DNA from: Bacteroidales bacterium
Lineage (GTDB): Bacteria; Bacteroidota; Bacteroidia; Bacteroidales; Paludibacteraceae
Direction of reading: 5' to 3'
Length of the DNA stretch: 64,000 nt
NCBI GenBank assembly: GCA_900769555.1
Contig: CAAGHA010000043.1
Span: 30,175-94,174 of the forward strand
Shown here: piece by piece, positions 15,001 through 23,200 of the stretch
Position numbering within the stretch: position 1 is the stretch's first letter
Layout of the letters: every line of letters starts with the position of its first letter
Made by a program: the position numbers and the translations under genes
The notes under the pieces: generated by a model
Seen by the model: only the letters and a program-made list of their open reading frames with translations
The model's database searches: none
Told to the model about the DNA's origin: nothing

Positions 15001-16730
15001 CACAGCAAACATCACCCCTATTGTAAATGAAAACACTATATTTACAGTAGAAGCTATTAACTCCTACGGTTGCTCTGCTAAAAAGAATCACACTGTTGTA
15101 AGTAAACCATATCCTACTCTGATTTACAACGGACCGAAAGTGGTTTGTGCTGGAGAAAAAGTTCAATTGATTGTTGTGGGTGCAACCAATTATCAATGGG
15201 GCGATAGCGTATCAGGAAATCGACTTACTATCGTTCCGGAAACCAACACGACATATAGTGTAAAAGGAGAAACTAATGGTTGTTACACAGAGATGAGCAT
15301 TCCTATTGATGTATTGCAAAAACCTACATTAACCTATCAAGGAAACACTACTCTTTGTGAAGGTGAATTGTTAAGTTTGACAGTGCACGGAGCAAATAGT
15401 TACTCTTGGAACAATGGTAATAATAGTAATAAGATAGAGAGTTACGTTAGAAAAAGTAACCAATATATCGTAACAGGAAAGGATGAAAAAGGTTGTACCA
15501 ATAAACTCACAATTGATGTAACTGTAAATCCGGAACCTAAATTTAACATTATTGGAGACGATGTTGTATGCCGCGGACACAATGCAAAATTAACAGCTGT
15601 TGGAGATGCAGAAACTTATCTATGGGGATATGGCAATTCTGACTTAGACGATAACGTATCATCCAATAACGAAACTGTATATGTTCCGATTTCCACATCC
15701 ACCTATGTCTTTGTAGAAGGACGTAGCAGCAATGGTTGTCCAAGCAGACAATACAAAACAATTACCACAAAAGAGTCTCCAAACATAGTAATCGAAGGAA
15801 ATACTGAAATCTGTTTGGGAGACACCATTCGATTGAAAGGTTTAGGAGGTGAAAGTTATGTATGGAAGATAAACAACAAAAAGGTTGGAAATACAAATAC
15901 GTTGGAATACAAACCGACAGGAAATGCTCGAATCGTATTAGAAGGAACATTAAATGAGTGTACAACAGAGACAGAAGTTTACGTTAAAACACATGTACCA
16001 CCGACATTGATGATAGATCCAGATCCAAAGGAAATCTGTTCAGGAGAAAATGCATACTTACGAGTTAAAGGAGCTAAATATTATCATTGGAGTACCGGTG
16101 ATACCACTCCATCCATTTCACCAAGGTTAACATCCAATGAAACATTTACGGTTACCGGAACCTCTACCAATGGTTGTACATCAACAAAAACAGTCTCTAT
16201 AAATGTGCATGAGTTGCCAAGAATCAAAATCAACTTAGATAGTATCTCGGGATGTTTCAAAGAGGATAAGAGAACCTATCTATCGGCTCTTGGAGGTGTT
16301 GAGTATAAATGGGAAAGTACCCCACCGTACAATGAAGTAAATAATCAGATTGGAAACCTATTGGAATTTTATGCCGATCGCAACTACACGATTATCGTAA
16401 CAGGAGAGGATGAAAATGGATGTCGAAACAAAGATAGTATGTTGATTATTCCGGAAGAAGATGTAGTGTTGAAATATGCAATAACACCCAAAGTGGTTGA
16501 AGAGAGCAATCCAATAATCCAACTGGAAGCATTGAGTCATACCGCAAGTCGATACACATGGACATGGGAACCACAGCCACAAATGTACGCAAAAGACGAT
16601 GAGACTAAAGTGGGACCAAAACATACCTACACGATTAAAGATGTGAAGAACAAGAGTGAAGTTATTTATGATATAACAGTAACAGAAGGAGGATGTAAGT
16701 ATGTGGGACAAGATACTGTATTTGTATGGA
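2..16730 (+). repeat. Protein-coding array of roughly 70 divergent tandem repeats (period about 230–240 nt, about 78 aa) inside giant gene 1
   Basis: The LP...C.G...Y.W...NGC motif recurs through the whole translation. Units are only about 30–50 % identical at the aa level, so there are no exact DNA repeats. Confidence 0.8.
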
Positions 16731-17014
16731 AAGAATTCTGGGCTCCAAATGCATTTACACCTAACAAAGATGGTATAAATGATTATTTTAGGTTCGATGG
16801 AATGGAATACGTTACAGAATTTACATTTACGATATATGACCGCACAGGACGGGTAGTTTACGAGGGAAGTCATCCTGAAGATGAATGGGATGGAACGTTT
16901 AACGGTCAAGAGTGCCCTTGGGGAGTTTATGGTTGGGTTGCCAATTACGTAAGCGACTACAAAAACATCCACAAAGAGGGTACACGAAAAGGCGAAATCA
17001 CCCTAATCCGATAG
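2..17014 (+). CDS. Giant SprB-like cell-surface repeat protein, 5'-truncated by the window edge (at least 5,670 aa visible). It consists of tandem ~78-aa Cys-containing beta-sandwich-type repeats followed by a T9SS type-B (gliding-motility-associated) C-terminal domain.
   Basis: The reading frame is open from nt 2 with no stop. The ORF-track 'start' at 188 is a TTG inside a repeat (CIGESITLTGNGAT). The upstream translation IASENIDQVIATPTQKGTFTYQVIGEKDGCSNQANINITVNPLPEVEI is another repeat unit. The repeat signature is LP/YP..I.G....C.G....L.A.G...Y.W..G.T...I.V.P...T.Y.V.G.D.NGC. The last ~95 aa (FWAPNAFTPNKDGINDYF...YDRTGRVVYEG...WDGTFNG...GVYGWV...GEITLIR) match the TIGR04131 / T9SS type-B C-terminal-domain consensus. 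Confidence 0.85.
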   Translation: MASENIDQVIATPTQKGTFTYQVIGEKDGCSNQANINITVNPLPEVEIESQNTSVCIGESITLTGNGATNYTWSTGTSTWNGASISPIINESTNFTLTGTDGKGCQSKPKEITISTKEKPTVSWEKVEVCEGGDAKVVIEGADNITWKYDGTTTGNERTFTNVTEEKTYQITVSKNDCSKDTFITIYVNKLPTISLTNNLGEKNGVCIGNEVSIKASADNCEFRWKTGGDNVTLSGNNNETLSFRPKTSGTKEYYVVAQNKTTQCIDSVNYIYNVYDNPTNTITGTGITCINSTVRLESEKKNFVNYSWAESSNKQYIINTQSEVEVAIDSDKEYQLVVTDQNGCTDTSLYEVRAIAYPTFEFKYDTICSGEKGKIELTNIVPNNAKVNWSWNGGLLANESSIIEQTLNGDTEFTASVYTSIDEVNKCETNKVFTAAVHPTPNFTIQSNRDNDEICEKETITLTASDASYSYQWKVGEQIVAEDEQSVTKAPSENTTYNVIASNAKGCTTTLKKEVIVNKLPELSIETTGAACPGNTITIKVSGSDDIEWLNSEKISIGNKTNDLSVKIEDGGNKDTTFYVVGKSSKGCSVTENVQITKLTKPNLIFSGKTVICENNIPKISVSGASTYSWYNGDNLIGKGTELPETQPLTESKTYKVIGEDGANCSAEAFVTITVNKTPEVYITASNTDNISKTNICLGETVKLTAHADNVTFEDWENGELIVTGNEVGNKTYTIQVTEKSTQCPGSAKYDVNTLALPGVKIISNESEVCEGYTITLSSNDEYSSYQWYTLEGNNKININSNISSWTQTLNATTKFILDVTDGNSCKNSDTTEIVAKKYPIVTFEAPAVCSGTPGVIKVTASDADTYSWPNNGSNSENIWTSNDNLTNPKSFTITVGKAECYKTHSINIGIKEKPNLAILVNGENTNGNSVEVCSNNNTVVLNVTSDNKTLNTYNWTVTENSVSTNKSYTTNPTEKTTYKITAIDTEGCANEKEQTIVVNTPATITIEGDKSVCEDGNVTLTASGSKNYSWSVSPTDGANIRYNNDEKSNVTLQGIRKNITLTINGIDNNGCANEKVTHLISVINKPALTITSNNGKMELCSGENLTLNATATNATIKWKNNEEEGSSFTTPTLNTSEKKTYSYDVNYYYGESGTCSADTTVSIIVNPLPIVQITGDIAFCDGGKTTLTASEMYGNTNMTYKWDGNTEKTNSIEVNQTGTYKVIGTDDVTGCQSAEKTYNVTRYDNPTGVTISAAEATCKDSLITLTATGISQMEYEWYRVGENNNDVHIGNGRSIEQLISENVQFKIEVAEPHTQSNGQILRCYDTISYNVTAIDAPEFHFTGESVCYGENAEIKINGSADAEYTWNNLNHIGTNYTEKEMKSNKTYSVTATQNGCSRTKDTTLTIHPLPIINSITAEESVCLDSKITINSDCMGNGNLTYSWTTDNNDPSSIVGASNLSTLDVTPTKEGDRIYTLEITDENDCKNSSSITIGTKNLPIINISGNTTVCYNSDISLKVGNNLTFNWYEYDVTTAKKGDLLMSGNGNEPFVQTIQKDQSFYLEVENDEGCTQSKVVDVKVLTLPEIKWTGKDTICIGDETEITFVATKSGDKYSLFDEEKNTYKEVLKESFSPTTTTTYKIQVESENNCINEKELEIVVNALPEITINNVKDGSSSICLNSEITLEAGSNTNCDFEWSTGSTADEIIVKASTIEGYSAKLTGTDVNGCKNSTSYNVIGIALPTIELSGDKEVCNNKEAYVSVKDTKGYNYLWEDNNSTESERKVTITKDTTLVVTFTDPATQCSNKDSIKVMNIDYPTLKLSTENITVCLGESVTIKAETNATMVNWTGIPTSNKEYTTIVDNSKKLNVKANNNGCETSKEVTINYYNLPSVTIATSGIVCENKKGTLNAEANGGQEPYNYLWNDESKEELLTTKNLTIADNNSEYSVEVSDKNGCKATATATIQVAPNPVITIEAEEQSICNGENVKLTANGAGDEGSYIWNTNEEGSIITPTIENDMTFKVTGTNLNGCVGVSDELLITKKELPELEVSGDLTICYGDSTIITLSAAGTGEAKFYWTEDTEIGQYTEKIESAKRTLKPTTRTNYKVIIEQNGCSKEEEITINVNTLPEIRISSTQAENTICLGEKITLTATNGLTNYQWMDKSDNSESGTSNQVIVTPIKQTEYKVSAQDGNGCINSDSIVVIVNQKPEIQLESADAACINSSLVLNVKNADGYPSAKQYNWVTLGVNNSSSTMTTNHSANTTYQVIATAQNGCTDTAEHYVEVIELPVFSLKNNSPICFGEKVEIGINTSNDNYTYTWPSNGTTTGEEWVESNVHEASVTEYEYNVRGTITKVIKENSYECYSDVKTSVKVNELPTVKLLGTTFVCPEDATINLSAQGSNKTTFAWSAKENSGSIAGNGATAVASPSDAEILVYYVEGTNENSCKNRDSISIQKANEPQFEMESDSVGVCIGGEIELSLSTGDKYVESVSWSWNGGTSHNNSVKITNVNSRMVVKATATAEKGCTATKDFILKPVEYPNLEIEGSDYVCKNDTATINLSNAEQIVWGNTYYTNEATINEPLKENKTYTFVAINSDTINGKITTCKNDKDYTVEVRNLPIITLEKFDSICQGDLITIKANVQQEAAPYTYYWGKNETGQSIKSKPQQDTLFKVVVKDANNCVDSMECDVIVNPAPIFNVAPVIVCDGTRAIINSDNNNYTYQWEGTGDFSNLTGHTTSFEVTRDTSVVVIAKDDKGCRKQGFAEIRRKPNPKLQISGRNTICQNDTVHLSVKDLETEGGTTTYIWNKNSTENKSIFISNKIDEYKKFTVQGTKDGCITSATYQINVNNLPTIEIIGENQVCENGSIALKGEGGIQYRWNNEEYPSDATNANEEYQYSVDASNTLITIEGRDINGCINTSTINIAILQLPKFNITGDTIACNNSKIRLEVPGDVNSNKMTYEWKNEEEEVIASENYADVEITKDTKLKVTGINIEGCSFTDSITIKVKQAPKVEIADYSPYVCRGENGIIQLIDNADKFTWTDYNGNLLSENEKVEASIESNNTRFNVTLTNEYPIYKSKISCETDTTFIVNMWDLPQVKIDGSKAICAGEEVELTATEGLTYEWINTTKNDTLSNSEKKLKDKPSITTTYKVIATDGNQCENETDFTVIVNSLPDFELINNDEEVVCVGNEVNIKTNNQNYLYNWDGNGYLSKYNHTYTVDSEIEIVVYAMNNQTKCENSDTIKVGVKEYPTLSIDAPAYVCSGSTATITGKIDGVNYTWREEDENGKILSTDKSVTIDEIESDKQIYASVEKNGCTSDTTFIIRTWSLPNIKIEGSPATSICKNDSITLTAQGGTAYKWNNDDSQTSNTYKTPKLTSETKIKVWGEDGNQCANSDSITIYINELPEFDITGNDVICIGGKAELNTTNDGLSYIWKDKTGKEVSVQQYFTPTITKDTLFQVIGINALGCSNTQEHTITVNPYPVITTVLDSTVVCKGASAYIEVETDIESEYIWNNDKTQTDNSISKEIQNRTEFVVKATSKDGGCTSEMSYWVDVRELPTILAEDATICKNEKATLNASGTNISEYRWMTSGNSTTLNTGDQYTTPELATTTSYIVIGKDNFGCEGSKEVVVRINELPTFTLTNEASVCKNSETTIEASNPTLKYNWGGGYKTDLTNRLVIEKDTTITIIAMDDNGCVSEGSTTIKVKELPVLKFELANDYVCPEEDLTIKVSGAIDGYKWMDNSTKDYLTLKNIENNIEVSVEGTTNGCTSSIDTTINVWELPNIRIGSATEDVCIGNSMEIYGEGAGVGGRYIWDDNRTTDTITVSPTFEKASFTVIGIDANGCKNSYTFDANIHELPIITIEGEKEICRGENAELSASGTSEYYVWTMENEGKTDTLSMTSILRTAIDKDEIKFFVEGTDRYGCIALKSYDVKAKEFPTLTYRTNTAKDSVCKNGTIKIEVDGADSYLWQDGSTKTFVEEKLSNPAKYTIEGTRNGCTSKMTVNIGIWQLPEFNIEGENAVCAGGEIVLNAVPTIAGNRYSYTWENMDETSETITQKLETPNSTITYKAIAKDANQCQNYDVHTVKVNPLPTDIVISGETLICVGTETTLTASGSAIEYLWSNGTNSNEVTATIEKDSLFTVTGTDMNGCQYTTDIEVKVKEYPALNIEYPRYVCIGDSATIIVSGATSFIWEDTKDNNPIRKEKIESDTKFVIEGTTNGCTTREEFTISVWSLPSIWISTNDVDNEICNTESITLSAGGGVSGKYVWNNDSQQTSDEITVSPSENTIYTLVGEDENGCRNSGEFEVIVNELPTVEIEGTPLICAGDNVTLSANTTGNAIKTFVWSNGAADSEIEVAVKENTQFKVEVEDVNGCKAETTYNVETKPYPELTYTAPNHICIGNNVAVTVSGATTYEWIDAPQISGNNFVDTPKNDTLYKVRGTTNGCTSYLEIPMTVMPLPEIWISSASNEICKNTTLQLTANGGASYQWNTNASSQSITISPNTTTEYKVIGTDSYGCINDTSITIVVNELPEVKIFGETQICEGNSTTLWVEGDATRYTWTNTGEQSDTIYPVINKSTTFTVLAENVAGCTATATKTVASKPYPVLNYSAPATICEGEEMNIIVNGAEEYKWQDGSTSNTYSATLYSNSTFTVIGTSNGCSTTENFTVNVLPLPYIWITGTSDICLNDKVTLDVKGASTYKWSTGDETNSITTTPQDTTTYKVVGTDVNGCSSETEFTVKVHPLPILQISGEDAICYGESAELTASGNAKEYRWSTGQESMNIHPMITKTETFKLIGIDEFGCTNETSKEVTMKPNPILVFNAAKTVCYGSQARIIVSGADEYRWQDGSTGNEYIDTPENRTTYSVVGTTNGCTTEEKFQVDVLSLPSIWITGSLEICENDGVKLSASGGLSYEWNTGLKASELYANPKETTTYEVVGKDGNGCMNKQTYTVVVNPLPEFTIEGPNAVCKGEIAELNVNGDNYKYAWSTGAITANITPIVNENTIFTVEAINSYGCSAKKNHTVVSKPYPTLIYNGPKVVCAGEKVQLIVVGATNYQWGDSVSGNRLTIVPETNTTYSVKGETNGCYTEMSIPIDVLQKPTLTYQGNTTLCEGELLSLTVHGANSYSWNNGNNSNKIESYVRKSNQYIVTGKDEKGCTNKLTIDVTVNPEPKFNIIGDDVVCRGHNAKLTAVGDAETYLWGYGNSDLDDNVSSNNETVYVPISTSTYVFVEGRSSNGCPSRQYKTITTKESPNIVIEGNTEICLGDTIRLKGLGGESYVWKINNKKVGNTNTLEYKPTGNARIVLEGTLNECTTETEVYVKTHVPPTLMIDPDPKEICSGENAYLRVKGAKYYHWSTGDTTPSISPRLTSNETFTVTGTSTNGCTSTKTVSINVHELPRIKINLDSISGCFKEDKRTYLSALGGVEYKWESTPPYNEVNNQIGNLLEFYADRNYTIIVTGEDENGCRNKDSMLIIPEEDVVLKYAITPKVVEESNPIIQLEALSHTASRYTWTWEPQPQMYAKDDETKVGPKHTYTIKDVKNKSEVIYDITVTEGGCKYVGQDTVFVWKEFWAPNAFTPNKDGINDYFRFDGMEYVTEFTFTIYDRTGRVVYEGSHPEDEWDGTFNGQECPWGVYGWVANYVSDYKNIHKEGTRKGEITLIR

Positions 17015-17056
17015 GAGAAGGGACTGAACTATAAAAGATCGAAAGTGTGTTTGCAG

Positions 17057-17095
17057 GAGGCTGTGTCAGGGTTAGGACACAGCCTCATTTTTTAT
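17057..17095 (+). terminator. Rho-independent terminator of giant gene 1
   Basis: There is a perfect 11-bp stem, gaggctgtgtc (17057–17067) pairing with gacacagcctc (17076–17086). The loop is the 8-nt agggttag, and a T-run (attttttat) follows. Confidence 0.75.
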
Positions 17096-17224
17096 ATAAA
17101 GGGGAGAAACAACACATTTTAGCAAGAAAAGTTCAATAAAATTTTGTAAAAAAAAAATTAAACATTAATTTTACTTGTTAAAGAGTGTGAAAGTTTTGTA
17201 GCGCAACAATAAATAGGACTACTT

Positions 17225-20200
17225 ATGAAAACAGATTGGATAAAAAGAAATAGATATATAGGCGTAGCAATTTTAATAATGTTGCTAACTTCCGGTTTGT
17301 CTTATGCACAACAAACAGTTGTAAAAAACATAGACACCCCTAACCTCAGTTTTGAAATGGGTAACTTCACCAACTGGAAAAGGTATTATGCATACTTTGG
17401 CCCGGCTAATTTCTTAGCAGCAACCAATGAAAATGTGAATGTATTTACCAATAGTCCGAATGCTAATCCTGTTGAAATCAAAGAAATTTGGACTGAAAAG
17501 ACTAATAACAATCCTATTAAATTAAACAACAACCGAGCAGGAGATAAAGATATATCCGGTTCATTTGAAATTACAAGCGGAAGTGGGAAAGATCCTAACC
17601 TGACAAACAATAATGGATGTAATTATAATTTGCGAGTAGTTCCCGAAGGTTATACACATGCTGCAAGAGTTGGATCCTACAAAGATGTGGAATTATTATA
17701 CGGGTATAATGCATCTGCTACATGGTATAGAAGAGCCATGGCCGAAAAATTAGAATATACTTTTACCGTAACAGAAAACAGCACACTGCTTTCCTATAAA
17801 TTTGCCGGGGTATTGGATGAACCTGCCGCCGGTAATGTAGGATCTCATTTCGGAGATGAACACCCAACAATGTCTGTAAAGATTACAGCTAAAAAAAATG
17901 GCAATGAAGTTGTTTTGCCTTGTAATGCGTACAATGCAAATGCTAATGCCGGAAATGAAGATTTAATAACTGTAAATAGCGGATGCTATAGCACAACCTA
18001 TTTGGCTAACAATATGCTTTACAAGGATTGGGCTATGATTGCATACGATTTAAGAGATTATATAGGTGCAACTATAACAATAGAAGCAATTGTACATGAT
18101 TGTTTATTGGAGTTGTATGTTTGTAACTCATGTAATTCGTGTACTGCATCCGGTAGCGCAACAGACAAAGGAAATGGAGTTTATGAAAGCAGGTGTTCAA
18201 AATGTAACAAAACTCAAAAAGTTACCAAACGTGTTATGGCCGGTGGACACGTAGGTTACGGATACATAACCGCAGAGACTCAACCTCTTAAACTAATTAC
18301 ACAAAACTGTCCGAGCGATGAATATGTGACTATTACTGCTCCGGAAGGATTTGTGGAGTATGAGTGGAAAACCAGTACCGGCGTTTCATTGGAAACGGAG
18401 ACCGGTTCTCCTCATATAGCTAGGGTAAAACGCTCTGAGATTCAAGATGTTGACTACATCTGTAATATGTATGGTGATAATAGAGATTGTTCTCATATAA
18501 CAATTTCCACTCGCTTGGCTAAAGATCCTATCGTAATGGATTTTAGTAACAATGCAACTTGTTTCAATGAAGTTTCTTTTAAAGATTTATCATACATTAC
18601 TCCACTTACTCAAAGCGATGGCTCTGCTATAATTCCGGATACTATAAAAACAAGAGAATGGAGCTATATCGAGAGCGTTAATGGGGCAATTAATAACAAT
18701 GCTCAAAGGGTTTCTTTAAGCGACAAAGAAAATTTCTCACAAATCTTTGATTGGACAGCAAATAATCAGGGAAAATATAGAGTATTTCTAAAAATCACAA
18801 CTGTTAATGGTTGTAGCATGGAGATTTATAAAGACATCAAAGTGTTACCAAGACCAAACATAGAAATAGATGGTGCTATCAACGTTTGTAAAGGGAATAG
18901 TACAACCTTAACTGTAACAAATTTGTCAGATCCTAAAAATGTATATACGTGGTATAAAGGAAACACAGAAATTCAAAAGGGAAACGATAAATCTCTAACG
19001 ATAACAGATGTTGAAAATACCACTTACAGAGTAGAGATAAAACGTCCGGAGGATCAGATTGAATGTACGTATAGTAAGGAGTTTACAACTAAGGTTTTAG
19101 AAAACCCTGTCATTAATGCTTACGCACAAGGAAGCTACGAGAAAGATAACCTGACTCAAGTGGATATTTGCGAGGATAATACAATAGATTTAAAAGTAGA
19201 AAATCTTACACCAACACTCTCATTATCTTACACTTGGAGTAACTTGAACACAACAGGAACAAACACCGTGGGTCCTGCTGATACCACACAATATACGGTA
19301 ACTGCAACCTCTAACGAGGGTTGTAGAACAACAGATGTAATTCAGGTAAATGTAAAAAGAAAACCTCATTTAAATATAGATGGTCCAAGCGAATTGTGTG
19401 TTAATCAAGAAGGAACATTTAAAGCAACATCCGACATAACAATCAACAAATACGTTTGGAATAACGATGCAAATAAAACTGGAACCGAGTACATATTCTC
19501 TGAAAACAGACCGACATCCGCATCTGTACAACATATCATAACTCTTACAGGTACCGGACAAAATGGATGTTCATCCACCTTTAACAAAGAAGTAATTGTA
19601 CGCCAAAATCCGGAGTTGACAATACCGGACTTAGACCCTATTTGTGAAAACGGAAACATCACAATTATGGCATACGGTGCAGATTATTTCAGATGGAACA
19701 ATGAAGAAACTGATATAAAAGCACCATTCAGTTGGATTGGACAACCAACCAAAAGCAGTTATCCGATCACCGGATTCACAAAATACAATAGTGGATTGGT
19801 TTGTAAGACCGAAACTGCTATTAATATCAACATCAATAAAGTACCGGAGATTAAAATTATAGGAAAAACGGATATATGTAAAAAAGATGAGGTGGTGTTA
19901 ATTGCTAAAGACACTGCAGACTATCAATATAGTTATGAACAGCCGACTCAATACACCTATTCATGGACCGACCCAAAATCTACAAAGACGGACAACATGA
20001 CGGCAGAGCCGACCTCCTCCACTATCTATTCTGTTACAGTCAATAATGGTAATTGTGCAACAACAAAATCGGTTAATATCACTGTACATAACGATCCTAT
20101 TTTTACAGTCAGACCAACCCAACAACGTGTATGCGTAGGTGCTACGGATACGCTAATTGCAATTGGACAACCGGTGGAATATGAATGGTACAAAGGAAGC

Positions 20201-23200
20201 AGTGTTCAAAATGGAGCCGAAATCGCACAAACTGACAAGGGTGTTAGCGATTCATTGTATGTCACTGTAGATAACGATGTTACTTATACCGTTGTGGGAA
20301 TCAGTGAATATGGTTGTAAAACCACAATGAACACCAATATTTATGTAAAACCTGCACCAACATTAAGTTATGCGGGAAACACTCATATTTGTGAAGGTAC
20401 TCAAGTGACGTTAACACCCGGAGGAGCAGATACCTATCGTTGGGAATGGAAAAAAAATGGAAAAGACACGGTAAGTAATTCGATTGTTTTAAAAGACTTT
20501 CCTGCCGGAACAGACAAAGTTACCTATACACTGATTGGAACCAAAGATGGTTGCGATGCAAGATTAGAGATACCTGTAACAATCCAAGAATCACCAAAGG
20601 TAAAAATCACCGGAGAGAGTTCAATTTGTAAAGGAGAAAAGGCCGAACTTGTTGCAAGTCCGGATGGGAACTATACAATAAACAACTACACTTGGGTAGG
20701 CTTAAACAACAACCAAGCATCTGCGTCTGTCTCCCCTATCTCGCAACAAATCTACGAAGTGATAGGATATGATGCAACAGGATGTCCCGGTAGAGCAACC
20801 CACACAATAAACGTCAATGAAAATCCGATCATAATCATTGAAGGAGACGATAAAATGTGTGAAGGTAGCACTATCAAACTAACCGCAACCGGAGCAAATA
20901 AAAATTATCAATGGGAATCGGATATAGATAATAATATCAATTCGACCGGAGCTAGTCTTGATGTTTCTATAACAGAAGGTCAATATTTAACACAAACCAC
21001 CATAACTTATACGGTTAAAGCTGAAAATACTGAGGGTTGTCCGGGTGAAGGTCAAAAGACAATTACAGTTTACAAAAAACCGGAACTGACAATCAATGCA
21101 AGTGACATCTGTAGAGGAGATATGGTAGATATGACTGTTGATGGTGCAGCTACTTATGTTTGGAACAACAATGAAAATATAACAGGAACACGCTTTACAG
21201 ATACAAATGTTCCTCTAAATGCAACAGAATATACAGCAATTGTAAGAGGTACAGAAAATGGATGTACAACAACAATAGAAAAAACAATAAAGATTAACGA
21301 AAGACCGGAAATAAAGATTTCAGGTCCTCTCGCCTATTGTGAACACGATAAAATTACATTGACAGCACAAGGAGGTAGTGAAGGAAATTACAGATGGAGT
21401 ACCGGTTCAACAGAAGACAAGTTGGAAATTATTGCTAAATCCAGCTTAACCGATATCACTTTAATTGGTAAAAATGAACATGGCTGTACAAACGAAGCAA
21501 CAGTTTCCTTAGAAATCATGCCTCTGCCAAATATCCGAATTGAAGAACCTGAGAGCAAAGAGGTTTGTAAAGGAACAGAAATTGAATTAAGCGCCTTGGG
21601 TGGGAATAGTTACAAATGGAGGAATAAAACAAAAAATGAGGCTATAGATGATTGCACAAATCCATGCGCTACAATTCACCCAACAATTGAAGCGACAACA
21701 ACTTTCACTGTAGAAGGAACAGAAACTCATACCATTAACGGAGAAGTGCTAAATTGTGTATCATCTGCAGAAATATCAATAATAGCAAGACCTATTCCGG
21801 AAGTAGAAATTTCAGGAAACGATGCCATCTGTCCGGGAAGCGCAGCAAACCTAACTGCTGTTAATCAAAATAATCAAGCAATTATTTCTGAATGGCAATG
21901 GTATATCTTGGACAAAGATAACAATGCTACTCAGCTCCCTGACAACAAGAGTTTTATTAATACGGGCTCTTTAAATAAAGAAACAAAATATATTGCAAAA
22001 GCCATATCAAACTCAAATTGTATTGGAACTGATACAACAACGGTAACGCTACATGATACTGTTGTAGTATCAATAGATGGTGCTGATTATGTATGTGAAA
22101 ATGGTACTATCAACTTAACAGCAGTGACAGTACCGGATGCAAATGACTACATATACAATTGGTCTCCACAAGGTGCAAAACAAGTGGAAACAGGCAACTT
22201 ACATCTAACAGAAACAACAATATTCAATCTTAGCATTACAGACAAAAACAGTTGTATTAGTAATGCAAAACCGAAAAAAGTAGAGTGGATTCCGTTGCCA
22301 AAGATTACAATAGCTCAAGACCCAACCGGGAATATCTGTTCAGGAAACAATGATGTAAAATTGTCAATCACATCAAACAAAGAGGCTGCAGATATGGACT
22401 ATTACAATTGGTTCCGCAGTAACGATGTAAAAATAAATGATGAAAATGATAACGAGATAAAATCCAACGAAATATCATTCAAAGACTTAACAGCCACTAC
22501 AACAATTAAAGCGATTGGAGTAGATAAATATGGTTGTCAATCGGAGAAAGAGATACACGTGATAGAGATACAAGATGCACCCGACTTGACCATTACTGGA
22601 GTGACTAAAGCTTGTAAAGGTGACATCGTTCAACTAACAGCATCATCTAGTAAAAATGCGAAGATTTATTGGGAAAATAATGAAGAAGTAGATGGTCCAA
22701 GAAGCATCTCTTTGAATCAAGTAGGAACAGTAACATTCAGTGCAAGTATTGAAGTAAATGGATGTACAACAATTAAAAAACATCAAATTGAGGTTTCTGA
22801 TATTCCTACTGTGACACTTAACAGTGACAATGGAAAAAATTATGTATGTGAAGGTGAATCGTTGAACTTAACAGCCCAAACTGATGGAAGCGATGTAAGT
22901 TATAAGTGGAATATCTCACCATCTACAACCGCCAATGCAACAATAAAACCTACAAGTAGTCCAACAACTGCCAGTGTAACTGTTACAAACGAAAATAGTT
23001 GTAGCTCTACCACCTCATTCAATATTGAGATTAAATCCAATCCAATATTATACATTAACGAGGAGACTAATGGTGAAGATGCAATCTGTGTTGGAAATAA
23101 ATTTGATTTAAATGCAAGCGGTAATGATCAAAACCAATACCAATGGTACACAGAAGACGTAAACGGAAACAAAACTTTGGTTGCAACCGGTGAGAACATA

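Noticed and set aside
16358-16972. A 204-aa minus-strand ORF, and many 60–150-aa ORFs on either strand inside the giant genes
   Set aside because: They lie entirely within or antisense to the long repeat ORFs and have no recognisable motifs. They are chance ORFs inside 17–23 kb of coding sequence.
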